Shown here in pieces: positions 29,626-39,949 of a DNA stretch of 64,000 nucleotides. Every line of letters starts with the position of its first letter. The first letter of the stretch is position 1. This DNA is from Microbacteriaceae bacterium (GTDB taxonomy: Bacteria > Actinomycetota > Actinomycetes > Actinomycetales > Microbacteriaceae). The notes beneath the pieces are model-generated. The model saw only the letters and a list, made by a program, of their open reading frames with translations. It made no database searches and was not told where the DNA came from. The translations under genes were made by a program, and so were the position numbers. The stretch covers positions 1,712 to 65,711 of the forward strand of contig JAODMO010000063.1 in the NCBI GenBank assembly GCA_025464995.1. The letters are read 5' to 3'.

Positions 29626-29922
29626 ATGGAGCTCCTGTTCGTGGTGCTCATCTCCGCAGGCATCGGCTTCGCGTTGCCGTTCCTGCTGCGCGGACGGGAG
29701 ACGTACGGGGTAGCCGTGCCCGCCGCTGTCGCCGCCGCCGTCGCATCCGTCGTCTGGGTGGCCCTGCTCTGGCTCGGTTGGAGATTCGACGGCGGCTGGA
29801 TCTGGGTCGCGAGCCTCGCCGCAGGCACGATCGCCGCGGTGTGGATGGCGCTCGCCCTCCCGCCGCGGCGCCGGTCTGCCGACCGGGCGTTGCTCACGCG
29901 GCTCTCGGGCGGCCGGGCGTAG
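29626..29922 (+). CDS. Small hypothetical membrane protein (3 TM)
   Basis: Hydrophobic 98-aa ORF starting 5 nt after the DUF3107 stop. Confidence 0.8.
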   Translation: MELLFVVLISAGIGFALPFLLRGRETYGVAVPAAVAAAVASVVWVALLWLGWRFDGGWIWVASLAAGTIAAVWMALALPPRRRSADRALLTRLSGGRA

Positions 29923-29951
29923 CCGACCGCTCGACCGCGGCGCGAAGCCGG

Positions 29952-30668
29952 CTAGGCGGTGAGGCCGAGGCCGTCCATGCGCCGGGTGTGCGCAGCGATG
30001 AGCTCGGTGAACACCGGCTCGATGCGCGCCTCGTCCGACACCGTGTTGGAGGTGGGCGCGAGGGTGGAGCGCGCGATGAGCATCGTGTCGCCGACGAGTC
30101 GCCGGCCCCACATCGCCAGCCGCGAGGCGATCTTCTCGTCTTTGTCGATGACGACCCGGATCTCCTCAGCCAGCATCTCCGCACCGGAGTCGGCGCGGAG
30201 CACCGCGGTGACGCGGCTCGAGTAGTCGGTCGGGAGGCCCGCCGCGAGGCGGATGAAGAAGTCGTCGAGGAAGCCCGCCGTGATGTGGCAGGCGACGAGC
30301 TCCTCGAACCAGTCGCCGCCCTGGGTGCTGCGCTGGTAGGCGTCGATGGCGTCGGTGAATGGCTCCATGACCCGGCCGGGCTCTTCGCCGTGACGGCGGA
30401 TCTCGGCGGTGAGACCGTGGTGCTTTGCGAGCGACAGAGCGGCGACGTGGCTCAGCAGCTCCTTCGCCTCGGTCGTCGGCGCCGACGACATGGCCCGCCC
30501 GAGGGTCTCGAACGTCGTGAGCTGGAGGTAGGCGGCCTTGCCGAGGAACGTGAGCAGGTCGGGCGTCAGGTCGGCGAGGTCGACCTTCGTGACGGGCAGC
30601 GACTCGGAGCGGGGACGGAGGCGCGGAACCTCTACGCGCTTGCCTGTGCGCGAAATCCATTTGACCAC
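29952..30668 (-). CDS. Ferritin-like fold protein (MiaE-like)
   Basis: DWFEEL, LAMWGRRLVGD and HTRRMDGLGL; divergent from the DEAD-box gene as in other actinobacteria. Confidence 0.88.
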   Translation of the reverse strand: MVKWISRTGKRVEVPRLRPRSESLPVTKVDLADLTPDLLTFLGKAAYLQLTTFETLGRAMSSAPTTEAKELLSHVAALSLAKHHGLTAEIRRHGEEPGRVMEPFTDAIDAYQRSTQGGDWFEELVACHITAGFLDDFFIRLAAGLPTDYSSRVTAVLRADSGAEMLAEEIRVVIDKDEKIASRLAMWGRRLVGDTMLIARSTLAPTSNTVSDEARIEPVFTELIAAHTRRMDGLGLTA

Positions 30669-30846
30669 GTGCCCAGCTTAGGGGCGGCGGCGCCCACGGG
30701 GCGCGCGCGGGCCGCAATCCCGGCGCTTCTTCGGTGATCTCCAGCGGGGTTCCGCTAAACTACCCGCATGCCCCCCATCTCTGGCGGGGGCCCTGCGCCC
30801 CAGGACCAAGCGGGCGTACCTCGCAATCCGTTAGGGCACTCTCACA

Positions 30847-32274
30847 TTGACATTCGCTGATCTGAATATCGACCAGGACATGGTCGACGCACTCGCAACA
30901 AAGGGCATCGTCGAGCCGTTCCCCATCCAGGAGCAGACGATCCCCATGGGGCTCGCCGGCCAGGACATCATCGGCCAGGCCAAGACGGGAACGGGCAAGA
31001 CGCTCGGCTTCGGTCTCCCCCTCCTCCAAGAGCTCGGACTCAACCCGGAGCCCGGCGTGCAGGCACTCGTCGTCGTCCCGACGCGCGAGCTGTGCGTGCA
31101 GGTCGCCGAAGACCTCACCCTCGCCGCATCCAATCGTTCGACCCAGGTCGCCGCCATCTACGGCGGCAAGGCATACGAGGGCCAGGTCGAGCAGATCAAG
31201 GCCGGCGCGCAGGTCATCGTCGGCACGCCGGGTCGCCTGCTCGACCTCGCGAGCCAGCGGATGCTGAGCCTCAAGAACATCAAGGTGATGGTGCTCGACG
31301 AGGCCGACAAGATGCTCGACCTCGGCTTCCTCAGCGACATCGAGAAACTCTTCGCCCAGACGCCGCCGCAGCGCCACACGATGCTGTTCTCGGCCACCAT
31401 GCCCGGCCCGATCGTCGCGCTCGCGCGTCGCTTCATGAACAAGCCGATCCACATCCGCGCGACCGACCCCAACGAGGGCCTGACGCAGGCGAATATCAAG
31501 CACGTCGTATACCGCGCGCACAGCCTCGACAAAGACGAGGTCATCGCCCGCATCCTCCAGGCCGAGGGCCGCGGGAAGACGGTCGTCTTCACGCGCACCA
31601 AGCGCGCGGCGGCGAAGCTCGTCGAAGAGCTCAACGACCGCGGCTTCAACGCCGCCGCCGTGCACGGCGACCTCAACCAAGACCAGCGTGAGCGCGCGAT
31701 GGCGGCGTTCAAGGCCGGAAAGAAGGACATCCTCATCGCGACGGATGTCGCGGCTCGCGGTATCGACGTCAACGACGTGACGCACGTGATCAACCACACC
31801 ATCCCGGAAGACCACGACACCTACCTGCATCGAGCGGGACGCACCGGCCGCGCCGGCAAGACCGGTATCGCCGTGACGTTCGTCGACTGGGACGACATGC
31901 ACAAGTGGTCGCTCATCAACAAGGCGCTCGAGATGGGTATCCCGGAGCCGTTGGAAACCTACTCCTCGTCACCTCACCTCTACGACGACCTCGAGATCCC
32001 CGAGGGGTCCAAGGGACGCCTCAAGACCGCCGGTCCGCCCCGCGTCCGTGAACCGCAGCCCACCTCGGGTTCGCGCGACGGTGGCCGTGGCGGCCAGCGT
32101 TCCGGCGGCGACCGGGGCGGCCGCGGCGGCTCACAGGGCGCACCGCGCACGGCGTCGACCGGCACCGCGACGACCGGTACCGCTTCCGCTCCCGAGGCCG
32201 AGGGTGGTTCGCGCCCTCCGCGCAGCCGCAACCGTTCGCGCACGCGTCGTCCGTCCACTCCCGCCTCGGAGTAG
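30847..32274 (+). CDS. DEAD-box RNA helicase
   Basis: AKTGTGKT, PTREL, DEAD, SAT and HRAGRTGR; Arg/Gly-rich tail; TTG start. Confidence 0.96.
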   Translation: MTFADLNIDQDMVDALATKGIVEPFPIQEQTIPMGLAGQDIIGQAKTGTGKTLGFGLPLLQELGLNPEPGVQALVVVPTRELCVQVAEDLTLAASNRSTQVAAIYGGKAYEGQVEQIKAGAQVIVGTPGRLLDLASQRMLSLKNIKVMVLDEADKMLDLGFLSDIEKLFAQTPPQRHTMLFSATMPGPIVALARRFMNKPIHIRATDPNEGLTQANIKHVVYRAHSLDKDEVIARILQAEGRGKTVVFTRTKRAAAKLVEELNDRGFNAAAVHGDLNQDQRERAMAAFKAGKKDILIATDVAARGIDVNDVTHVINHTIPEDHDTYLHRAGRTGRAGKTGIAVTFVDWDDMHKWSLINKALEMGIPEPLETYSSSPHLYDDLEIPEGSKGRLKTAGPPRVREPQPTSGSRDGGRGGQRSGGDRGGRGGSQGAPRTASTGTATTGTASAPEAEGGSRPPRSRNRSRTRRPSTPASE

Positions 32275-32285
32275 TCACGCTCGAC

Positions 32286-32326
32286 CCGATGGCCGGGCAT
32301 CGTCAGCGACGGTGTCCGGCCATCGG
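32286..32326 (+). terminator. GC-rich hairpin after the helicase gene
   Basis: CCGATGGCCGG...CCGGCCATCGG inverted repeat. Confidence 0.6.
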
Positions 32327-32380
32327 CGAATCGCCTGTCGATAATTGGACAAACCCTCAGGTCTTCGGCAGACTCGGGAG

Positions 32381-32842
32381 ATGACCGACAATAGAGCGCC
32401 TTCAGCGTCCGCGATCCAATGGCTTGCCCTCCCGCTATACGGCGCGGGCCCCGTTGCCGCGATCGGTCGCTTCTACGGCAAATACGCCACCTTCTCCGGG
32501 CGCGCCAGCCGCTCCGAATACTGGTGGGCCTCGCTCTTCCTCGTCGTCTCGTACACCGTCGTCGGCGGTCTCGCGCTACTCGTCGGAACCTCGACCGGCA
32601 CCACCGACTCGCTCGGACGCCTGCAGCCTGGCGCGGCCTTCCTGCCCTTCGCGCTCCTGCTGATGATCGTGGGCTTTGGAAACGCCGTGCCGAGCATCGC
32701 GCTCACCGTGCGCCGCCTGCACGACGCCGACTTCTCCGGCTGGCTCTACCTCATCAACTTCGTGCCCTACCTCGGGGGGCTCGTGCTGACGGTGCTGAAC
32801 CTGCTGCCGTCGAAACCGTCCGGCGCACGATTCGACTCGTGA
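32381..32842 (+). CDS. DUF805 family membrane protein
   Basis: FSGRASRSEYWW and VRRLHD motifs. Confidence 0.92.
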   Translation: MTDNRAPSASAIQWLALPLYGAGPVAAIGRFYGKYATFSGRASRSEYWWASLFLVVSYTVVGGLALLVGTSTGTTDSLGRLQPGAAFLPFALLLMIVGFGNAVPSIALTVRRLHDADFSGWLYLINFVPYLGGLVLTVLNLLPSKPSGARFDS

Positions 32843-32845
32843 CTC

Positions 32846-33700
32846 TCAGCCGCTGAACGGCGCATGCCCCGTCGCCGTCGCCAGCAGCAGCTCGAGCACC
32901 TCGGGGGCCGTGGTGTTCTCGGCGAGCCGGTTCGGTTTTCCCGTGCCGTGGTAGTCGCTTGAGCCGGTCACGGCGAGATCGAACTTCTCGGCGAGCTCGA
33001 ACAGCCGCGCCTTGCCGCTCGCGGTGTTGTCGCGGTGGTGGATCTCGAGCCCGAACAGCCCCGCGTCTTTGAGCCGCGCGATGTTCTTCTCGTCTATGAC
33101 CCATTCCCTGCCGCGCGTGCCGGGGTGTGCGAGTACCGGTGCGCCCCCTGCCCCGACGATGAGCTCCACCCCGGCGAGCGGAGAGGGTGCGTAATACTTC
33201 TCGTAGTAGCCGCTGCGCCAATGCAGGATGCTTGCGAAGGCAGCACTGCGGTCGGCGACGTGACCGCGGGCAACAAGCGCATCGGCGATGTGCGGGCGGC
33301 CGATGGTGCCGCCGTCGACCGACTGCTCGAGCACGTCGTGCCAGGTGAGCGGGTAGTCCTCGGCGATGCGGTCGACAATGCGCTCGGCCCGGTGCAGCCG
33401 GCCGTCGCGGATGCGAGCGGTCTCGCGGATGATGTCGTCGTCCGTGGGATCGAAGAGGTACGCGAGCATGTGCACGCTCGCCGGCCCGTGATTGGTGCTG
33501 AGCTCCATGCCGGGAACCACGAGCAGGCCGGTTCCGGATGTCGCGGCCTCCGCCTCATCCCACCCCGCCGTCGAATCGTGGTCGGTGAGGGCCACCGTGC
33601 CGAGCCCCGCGGCGAGCGCCGCGTGCACCAGCTCGGCGGGCGTCTCGGTGCCGTCGGACACGCTGCTGTGGGTGTGCAGGTCGATGGCTCCGGTTGGCAT
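32846..33700 (-). CDS. PHP-domain phosphoesterase (TrpH/YciV-like)
   Basis: DLHTHSSVSDG, TDHD, GRPHIA, AHP and GSSDYHG motifs. Confidence 0.93.
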   Translation of the reverse strand: MPTGAIDLHTHSSVSDGTETPAELVHAALAAGLGTVALTDHDSTAGWDEAEAATSGTGLLVVPGMELSTNHGPASVHMLAYLFDPTDDDIIRETARIRDGRLHRAERIVDRIAEDYPLTWHDVLEQSVDGGTIGRPHIADALVARGHVADRSAAFASILHWRSGYYEKYYAPSPLAGVELIVGAGGAPVLAHPGTRGREWVIDEKNIARLKDAGLFGLEIHHRDNTASGKARLFELAEKFDLAVTGSSDYHGTGKPNRLAENTTAPEVLELLLATATGHAPFSG

Positions 33701-33758
33701 CCTGCAACTCTATTCGGACGCGGCTCCCGCCCAGCGCCCCGGGTTAGGGTGGGGTGCC

Positions 33759-34772
33759 ATGTTCCGCCGAATCCTCGCATCCGTCGTGCTGGTCGTCGTG
33801 GCCGGCATCCTCTTGGTACTCGCGTGGCCGCAACTCTTCGGGCTGCACCGCACCTTCGGGGTGGCCCACGTCGTGTCCCTGCGCGCCGCTGCGGCGATCA
33901 TCGGCGTGGCGCTCATCCTCGTGCTTCTGCTCGTCGTGCTGATCGGGCGCGCGGTGCGCCGCTTCGCCGCGAGTCTCGCTGTGCTGGTGCTCGTCTTCGT
34001 GCTCGTCAACGCCGCCGTACTGTCTACTCGCGGTTTCGGCGACACTGCGCTCGAGACGGCAGCCGAATCCGACCTGACGGTGCTGAGCTGGAACACCCTC
34101 GGCGACGAGCCGGGCGCCGATGTCGTCGCGAAGCTGGCCATCGACGCGGGCGCCGACATCGTGACGCTGCCGGAGACCACCGAGGGCATGGCCTTCGCGA
34201 TCGCCGCCCTGATGAAGGCGGCCGGCAGGCCCATGTGGCTGAAGACCACGCACTTCGACGAGATCTCCAAGTCACGGTCGACCTCCGTGCTCTGGAGCTC
34301 CGACCTCGGCGCCTACAGCATCGACGAGACCCTCGGTTCGACCTCGACCCTGCCGAGTGTGATCATGCGGCCCGACGACGGCGACGGCCCCGTCATCGTC
34401 GCGGTGCACGCCGTCGCGCCGATCACCGCCGAATTCGACAACTGGCGAGCCGACCTCGACTGGCTCGCCGGAGTGTGTGTCGGCGGCAACACCATCATGG
34501 CAGGCGACTTCAACGCGACCCTCGACCACATGACGAGACTCGGCAATGCCGAGGGCACGGCGATCGGTGACTGCAACGACGCCGCGCTGGCCACGGGAAA
34601 CGGCGCTGTCGGCACGTGGCCCACGACGGTGCCGGCGCTCGTCGGCTCCCCCATCGACCACGTCATGGCCACCGCCAACTGGCGGGTGACCGGCATGCGC
34701 GTCGTGCAATCGGTCGACGGTGCCGGCAGCGACCACCGTCCGATCATCGCCCGACTGCAGCCGGCAGAGTAG
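33759..34772 (+). CDS. Membrane-anchored endonuclease/exonuclease/phosphatase family protein
   Basis: Three N-terminal TMs; SWN, LPE, AGDFNAT, IDHV and SDHRP motifs. Confidence 0.9.
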   Translation: MFRRILASVVLVVVAGILLVLAWPQLFGLHRTFGVAHVVSLRAAAAIIGVALILVLLLVVLIGRAVRRFAASLAVLVLVFVLVNAAVLSTRGFGDTALETAAESDLTVLSWNTLGDEPGADVVAKLAIDAGADIVTLPETTEGMAFAIAALMKAAGRPMWLKTTHFDEISKSRSTSVLWSSDLGAYSIDETLGSTSTLPSVIMRPDDGDGPVIVAVHAVAPITAEFDNWRADLDWLAGVCVGGNTIMAGDFNATLDHMTRLGNAEGTAIGDCNDAALATGNGAVGTWPTTVPALVGSPIDHVMATANWRVTGMRVVQSVDGAGSDHRPIIARLQPAE

Positions 34773-34793
34773 TCGCGGGGGCACAATAGGGGG

Positions 34794-36269
34794 ATGGCTG
34801 ACAACACCACCGACGCCCCGCGCGCCACGTCCAACCGCTCGACCGTCCCCGTCTCGTCGTCGTTCCAAGACTTCATCTCGTCCGGCTGGGCAGACAGCGC
34901 GGATGCCGCTCCCGAGCCCCGCGAACAGGCACCGTTCGCGGCCGCTCGACGTGACCGCATCTCGCGCCTCCACCCCGGCAGGCGCCTCATCGTGCCGGCC
35001 GGCTCAGCCAAGGTGCGCTCCAACGACACCGACTACCCGTTCCGCGCCCACTCGGCCTTCGCCCACCTCACCGGTTGGGGCGCCGATGCCGTCTCCGGCA
35101 GCGTGCTCGTGATGGAGCCGACCGCCGACGGCCACGAGTCGACGCTGTACTTCCGCGAGGCCGCGGGTCGCGACTCCGACGAGTTCTACGCCAACTCCGA
35201 CATCGGCGAATTCTGGACGGGTTCCCGTCCGTCGCTCGACCATGTCGCGGCCGACCTGGGTCTCGCGACCGCGAACCTCAAGGCCCTCCCCGCCGTGCTG
35301 CACGCCGTCGACGCCGACACGCTCGTCGTGCGCGACGCCGACCGCGACGTGACCGACGCCGTCGACGGCCGCCGTCTGCTCGCCGCCGAGGCCGGCAGCA
35401 TCGAGAACGACGGCGACGTCGACCTCGCCCGCGACCTCAGCGAGCTGCGTCTCGTCAAGGACCCGTACGAGATCGCGCAGATGCGCCTCGCCGTCGACGC
35501 CACGAAGAAGGGATTCGACGACGTGATCGCCGACATGCCGCAGATCGTGGCGCACGAGCGGGGCGAACGCCTCGTGGAGGGCACCTTCAACCGCCGCGCG
35601 CGCGCCGACGGCAACACCGTGGGCTACGACACGATCGCGGCATCCGGACCCCACGCATGCATCCTGCACTGGACCCGCAACGACGGCGCCGTCGTGCCCG
35701 GCGACGTCATCCTGCTCGACGCGGGCATCGAGCTCGAGAGCTACTACACCGCCGACATCACGCGCACGCTGCCGATCGACGGCGCCTACACCGATGTGCA
35801 GCGTCGCGTGTACGACGCGGTGCTCGAGGCCGCGGATGCAGCGTTCGCGATCGTGCGCCCCGGCATCCTGTTCCGAGAGATCCACGCCGAGGCCATGAAG
35901 GTCATCGCGGCGCGCACCGCCGAGTGGGGCCTCCTGCCCGTGTCGGCGGAGGAGTCGCTGCAGCCCGACCACCAGTACCACCGCCGGTACATGGTGCACG
36001 GTACGAGCCACCACCTCGGCATCGACGTGCACGACTGCGCGCAAGCGCGTCGCGACCTCTACCTCGACGGCGTGCTCGAGCCGGGAATGGTGTTCACGAT
36101 CGAGCCGGGCCTGTACTTCCAGCCCGACGACCTCAGCGTTCCCGAGGAGTACCGCGGAATCGGCGTGCGCATCGAAGACGACATCCTCGTCACCGAGTCG
36201 GGCGCCGAGAACCTGTCGATCGGCATCCCGCGCACGGCCGACGACGTCGAGGCGTGGCTGCGTCGCTAG
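34794..36269 (+). CDS. pepP: Xaa-Pro aminopeptidase (aminopeptidase P)
   Basis: ADITRT, HGTSHHLGIDVHD, TIEPGLY and GVRIEDD motifs. Confidence 0.93.
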   Translation: MADNTTDAPRATSNRSTVPVSSSFQDFISSGWADSADAAPEPREQAPFAAARRDRISRLHPGRRLIVPAGSAKVRSNDTDYPFRAHSAFAHLTGWGADAVSGSVLVMEPTADGHESTLYFREAAGRDSDEFYANSDIGEFWTGSRPSLDHVAADLGLATANLKALPAVLHAVDADTLVVRDADRDVTDAVDGRRLLAAEAGSIENDGDVDLARDLSELRLVKDPYEIAQMRLAVDATKKGFDDVIADMPQIVAHERGERLVEGTFNRRARADGNTVGYDTIAASGPHACILHWTRNDGAVVPGDVILLDAGIELESYYTADITRTLPIDGAYTDVQRRVYDAVLEAADAAFAIVRPGILFREIHAEAMKVIAARTAEWGLLPVSAEESLQPDHQYHRRYMVHGTSHHLGIDVHDCAQARRDLYLDGVLEPGMVFTIEPGLYFQPDDLSVPEEYRGIGVRIEDDILVTESGAENLSIGIPRTADDVEAWLRR

Positions 36270-36278
36270 GTCCCTCGC

Positions 36279-36323
36279 GGCCCGAGCGGCACGGGCGGCA
36301 CGGGCGGCGCGGGCGGCGCGGGC
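36279..36323. repeat. 9-bp tandem repeat, about 5 units (GGCRCGGGC)
   Basis: GGCCCGAGC GGCACGGGC GGCACGGGC GGCGCGGGC GGCGCGGGC. Confidence 0.85.
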
Positions 36324-36418
36324 GCTGTGGGCGGGCCGTATGGGCGCCATCGTGTGGCGTGGCTACAGCTCGACCTGTGGGCCACCCACCGGGATCCAGC
36401 GCGCGGTCGCGGCGAGCG

Positions 36419-36916
36419 TCAGGCGGTGGGCTCCTCGGGCAGGGCCAGCACCTGCTGGGCCTTCGCCGTCAGCTCGGGATCGATGATGATCTGGTAGTTC
36501 GAGGCGAGCACCTGGTGGGTCGAGGTGAAATCGCGGCGACGGCGGTTGAGCGAATAGCTCACGATGCCGAAGAGCATGCCGAATCCGGCCCCGATGAGCG
36601 CAGCCGAGAGCACGAAACCCAGTTGCGGTGTCGGCGAGAAGAGGAACAACAGGATGCCGAAGAAGAGCCCGAACCACGCGCCGCTCGCCGCACCCGCCGC
36701 CGCGGCCTTGCCGTTGGTCAGCTTGCCCGTGACCCGCTCCACGGTCTTCAGGTCGCTGCCGACGATCGACAGCTTCTTCACCTCGAATTCCGCCTTCGAC
36801 AGGCGGTCGACGACGTTCTGCGCTTCGAGGTACGTCTCGTAGGTGCCGAGCACGTCGCCCTTCGGCAGGGTCGGTTGGCTCTGGGGCTTACGTGCGAATG
36901 CGCTCTGGTTGCTCAC
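36419..36916 (-). CDS. General stress protein (YflT-like domain plus two TMs)
   Basis: EAQNVVDRL, SIVGSDLKTVERVTG, glycine zipper and RRRDFTS. Confidence 0.88.
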   Translation of the reverse strand: MSNQSAFARKPQSQPTLPKGDVLGTYETYLEAQNVVDRLSKAEFEVKKLSIVGSDLKTVERVTGKLTNGKAAAAGAASGAWFGLFFGILLFLFSPTPQLGFVLSAALIGAGFGMLFGIVSYSLNRRRRDFTSTHQVLASNYQIIIDPELTAKAQQVLALPEEPTA

Positions 36917-36952
36917 GAGTCCATTCTTTCATTGCGGCGGTAGGGTTTTACC

Positions 36953-38293
36953 GTGAGCGCCTCAAGAGTTTTCGCTGCCCGTTTGACCGGGTGCTCGGTT
37001 TTCGACCCCAACGGCGACAGGGTGGGCAAGGTTCGCGACGTCCTCGTCGTCTACCGCAACACCCAGTCGCCCCGCGTCATCGGCTTCATCGTCGAGGTTC
37101 CCGGCAAGCGGCAGGTGTTCCTCTCCATCGGCCGCGTGACGAGCATCGGCTCGGGACAGATCATCACCACCGGACTCATCAACCTCCGCCGCTTCGAACA
37201 GCGCGGCGGCGAGGTGCGGGTCATGGCCGAGCTCCTCGGCCGCAAGGTCACCCTCGCCGACGGCTCAGGCGAGGCCACGATCGAAGACGTCGCCATCGAG
37301 GAGACCGGGCTCGGCGAGTGGGAGATCTCCCAACTCTTCTGCCGTCGGCCGAAGCCATCCGCCTCTCCCTTCGCCAAGGGTGCCACCGTCTTCGTGCGAT
37401 GGAAGGAGATCCGCGAGAAGGTCGCGACGACCGGCGAGGCGCAGTCGGCCACCCAGCTCGTGGCGAGCTACGCCGACCTGCTGCCCGCCGACCTGGCCAA
37501 CGCCATGCTCGACCTCACCGAACAGCGCATGTTCGAGGTCGCCGAAGAGCTCTCCGACGACCGCCTCGCCGACGTGCTCGAGGAGATGCCGGAGAGCGAG
37601 CAGGTCGACATCCTCAACCAGCTCGACGACGACCGCGCCGCCGACGTGCTCGACCAGATGCAGCCGGATGACGCGGCCGACCTCATCGCCCACCTGAGCG
37701 ACGAGCGGGGCGAGGCCCTCCTCGACCTCATGGAGCCCGAGGAGGCGGAGGACGTGCGCTTCCTGCTCGCCTATGCGCCCGACACCGCGGGTGGCCTCAT
37801 GACGACCGAGCCGATCATCGTGTCCGCCGACACCACCGTGGCCGAGGGGCTTGCACTCATCAGACGCCACGAGCTCGCCCCGGCGCTCGGAGCGGCCATC
37901 TGCGTCACGCTGCCGCCCTACGAGGCGCCGACCGGCCGGTTCCTCGGCATGGTCCACTTCCAGCGGATGCTGCGCTACCCGCCGAACGAGCGACTCGGCA
38001 CGCTGCTCGACCAGACCCTTGAGCCGGTGAGCGTCACCGCGAGCGCGGCGGAGGTCTCCCGCATCCTGGCCAGCTACAACCTCGTCTCCGTCCCCGTGGT
38101 CGACGAGAACCACCGACTGGTCGGGGTGGTGACCATTGACGATGTCCTCGACTACCTGCTGCCGGACGACTGGCGAAGTAGCGACAACTCCGACGACGAA
38201 CAGCCGCCGGAGAGACGCGAGCTCCAGCCCGTATCCACCTCGACCGCAAGCATCCCTGTAAGGGGACGGAGGACGTCCAATGGCCCGCACTAA
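36953..38293 (+). CDS. MgtE N-terminal/CBS/PRC-barrel cytoplasmic protein
   Basis: PRC barrel, acidic MgtE_N helices, TAGGLMT, and CBS motif GVVTIDD. Confidence 0.9.
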   Translation: MSASRVFAARLTGCSVFDPNGDRVGKVRDVLVVYRNTQSPRVIGFIVEVPGKRQVFLSIGRVTSIGSGQIITTGLINLRRFEQRGGEVRVMAELLGRKVTLADGSGEATIEDVAIEETGLGEWEISQLFCRRPKPSASPFAKGATVFVRWKEIREKVATTGEAQSATQLVASYADLLPADLANAMLDLTEQRMFEVAEELSDDRLADVLEEMPESEQVDILNQLDDDRAADVLDQMQPDDAADLIAHLSDERGEALLDLMEPEEAEDVRFLLAYAPDTAGGLMTTEPIIVSADTTVAEGLALIRRHELAPALGAAICVTLPPYEAPTGRFLGMVHFQRMLRYPPNERLGTLLDQTLEPVSVTASAAEVSRILASYNLVSVPVVDENHRLVGVVTIDDVLDYLLPDDWRSSDNSDDEQPPERRELQPVSTSTASIPVRGRRTSNGPH

Positions 38294-38798
38294 CCGCGTC
38301 AACCGCTCCGACACGAGACTCGACTCGCCGAAGGGTCTCCGCTCCTTCGTGCCCCGGTTCGAGAGCCGCGACCGCTTCGGCCGATTCACCGAGTCGATCG
38401 CCCGAGGGATGGGCACCCCGTGGTTCCTCTTCGGGCTCACCGTCTTCGTGATCGTGTGGATGATCTACAACACGGCCGCCCCCGAGGGGCTGCGCTTCGA
38501 CTCCGCCGCCATCGGATTCACCGCGCTCACCCTCATCCTCTCGCTGCAGGCCTCGTACGCCGCGCCCCTCATCCTGCTCGCCCAGAACCGGCAGGATGAC
38601 CGCGACCGCGTGCAGATCGAGCAGGACCGCCAGCGCTCCGAGCGCAACCTCAACGACACCGAATACCTGGCCCGCGAGGTCGTGGCGCTGCGCCTCGCTA
38701 TGCGCGACATGGCGAGCAAGGACTTCATCCGGTCGGAGTTGCGCACGCTGCTCGCCGAGCTGGACGAGCGCGACGGCTCGAGAGAGACGGCGGATTGA
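38280..38798 (+). CDS. DUF1003 membrane protein
   Basis: LSLQASYAAPLILLAQNRQ motif. Confidence 0.92.
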   Translation: MARTNRVNRSDTRLDSPKGLRSFVPRFESRDRFGRFTESIARGMGTPWFLFGLTVFVIVWMIYNTAAPEGLRFDSAAIGFTALTLILSLQASYAAPLILLAQNRQDDRDRVQIEQDRQRSERNLNDTEYLAREVVALRLAMRDMASKDFIRSELRTLLAELDERDGSRETAD

Positions 38799-39949
38799 TC
38801 GGCTCCACCCCCGGGGGGTCGGCAGAGGAGCACGTGCTCACAGCCCTTCGCCGGGTGATCGACCCGGAGATCCGGAAGCCCATCGTCGACCTCGACATGA
38901 TCTCCGCGGTCGCCGTGGACGGGGGCACGGCTCGCGTCGCGCTCAAGCTCACGATCGTGGGCTGCCCGGCGGCCGCGACGATCGAGCGCGATGTGCGGGA
39001 GGCCGCGGCATCCGTACCGGGAATCACCGACGTCGCCGTCGACGTGAGCATCATGACGAGGACGGAGCGCGACGCCCTGACCGACAAGCTGCGCGGCGGG
39101 CGGGCGAAGACGTCGCAGTTCGGGCCGGACTCGCTCACGCGGATCTACGCGATCACGAGTGGAAAGGGCGGCGTCGGCAAGTCGACGCTGACCGCGAACC
39201 TCGGGGTCGCCCTCGCGACGATGGGGCTGCGCGTCGGGATCGTCGATGCCGACGTCTTCGGGTTCTCCATCCCCGGCATCGTCGGCATCCCCGACGCGAA
39301 GCCCACCCAGGTGAATGAGATGATCCTGCCTCCGATCGCGCACGACGTGAAAGTCATCTCGATCGGGATGTTCGTGCCCGCCGCGGCGCCCGGGCAGACC
39401 GCCGCGCGCGTCGTGTCGTGGCGGGGGCCCATGCTGCACCGCACCATCCAGCAGTTCCTCACCGACGTCTACTTCGGCGACCTCGACATCCTGCTGCTCG
39501 ACCTGCCGCCGGGCACGGGAGACATCGCCATCTCGATCGGGCAGCTGCTGCCGCACGCGGAGATCATCGTCGTCACCACGCCGCAGCCGGCGGCGGCCGA
39601 GGTGGCGGAGCGCAGTGCACTCGTCGCTCGGCAGACCGGCCAGAGGGTGATCGGAGTCGTCGAGAACATGGCAGGACTCCCCCAGCCGGACGGCAGCGTG
39701 CTCGAGCTCTTCGGCACCGGCGGCGGCGCGGATGCTGCGGCTCGCCTCTCGACGCCCGAGGAGCCCGTGCGCGTGCTCGCGTCGATTCCACTCTCGATCG
39801 CCCTGCGTGAGGGCGGCGACACCGGCCGGCCCATCGTGCTCGCCGATCCCGACGATCCGGCCGCTCGGGCGATCGTCGGGCTCGCGGAGGAGCTCGCGTC
39901 ACGCGGCCGCGGCCTGGCGGGCCGCAGGCTCGGGTTCAGCGTCACCTGA
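38795..39949 (+). CDS. mrp: Mrp/NBP35 Fe-S cluster carrier ATPase
   Basis: N-terminal DUF59-like DPE...GCP, SGKGGVGKS, WRGPML, DLPPGTGD and ENM. Confidence 0.93.
   Translation: MIGSTPGGSAEEHVLTALRRVIDPEIRKPIVDLDMISAVAVDGGTARVALKLTIVGCPAAATIERDVREAAASVPGITDVAVDVSIMTRTERDALTDKLRGGRAKTSQFGPDSLTRIYAITSGKGGVGKSTLTANLGVALATMGLRVGIVDADVFGFSIPGIVGIPDAKPTQVNEMILPPIAHDVKVISIGMFVPAAAPGQTAARVVSWRGPMLHRTIQQFLTDVYFGDLDILLLDLPPGTGDIAISIGQLLPHAEIIVVTTPQPAAAEVAERSALVARQTGQRVIGVVENMAGLPQPDGSVLELFGTGGGADAAARLSTPEEPVRVLASIPLSIALREGGDTGRPIVLADPDDPAARAIVGLAEELASRGRGLAGRRLGFSVT

Noticed and set aside
36279-36323. CRISPR array
   Set aside because: Units are 9 bp with no spacers, and there are no cas genes in the window.
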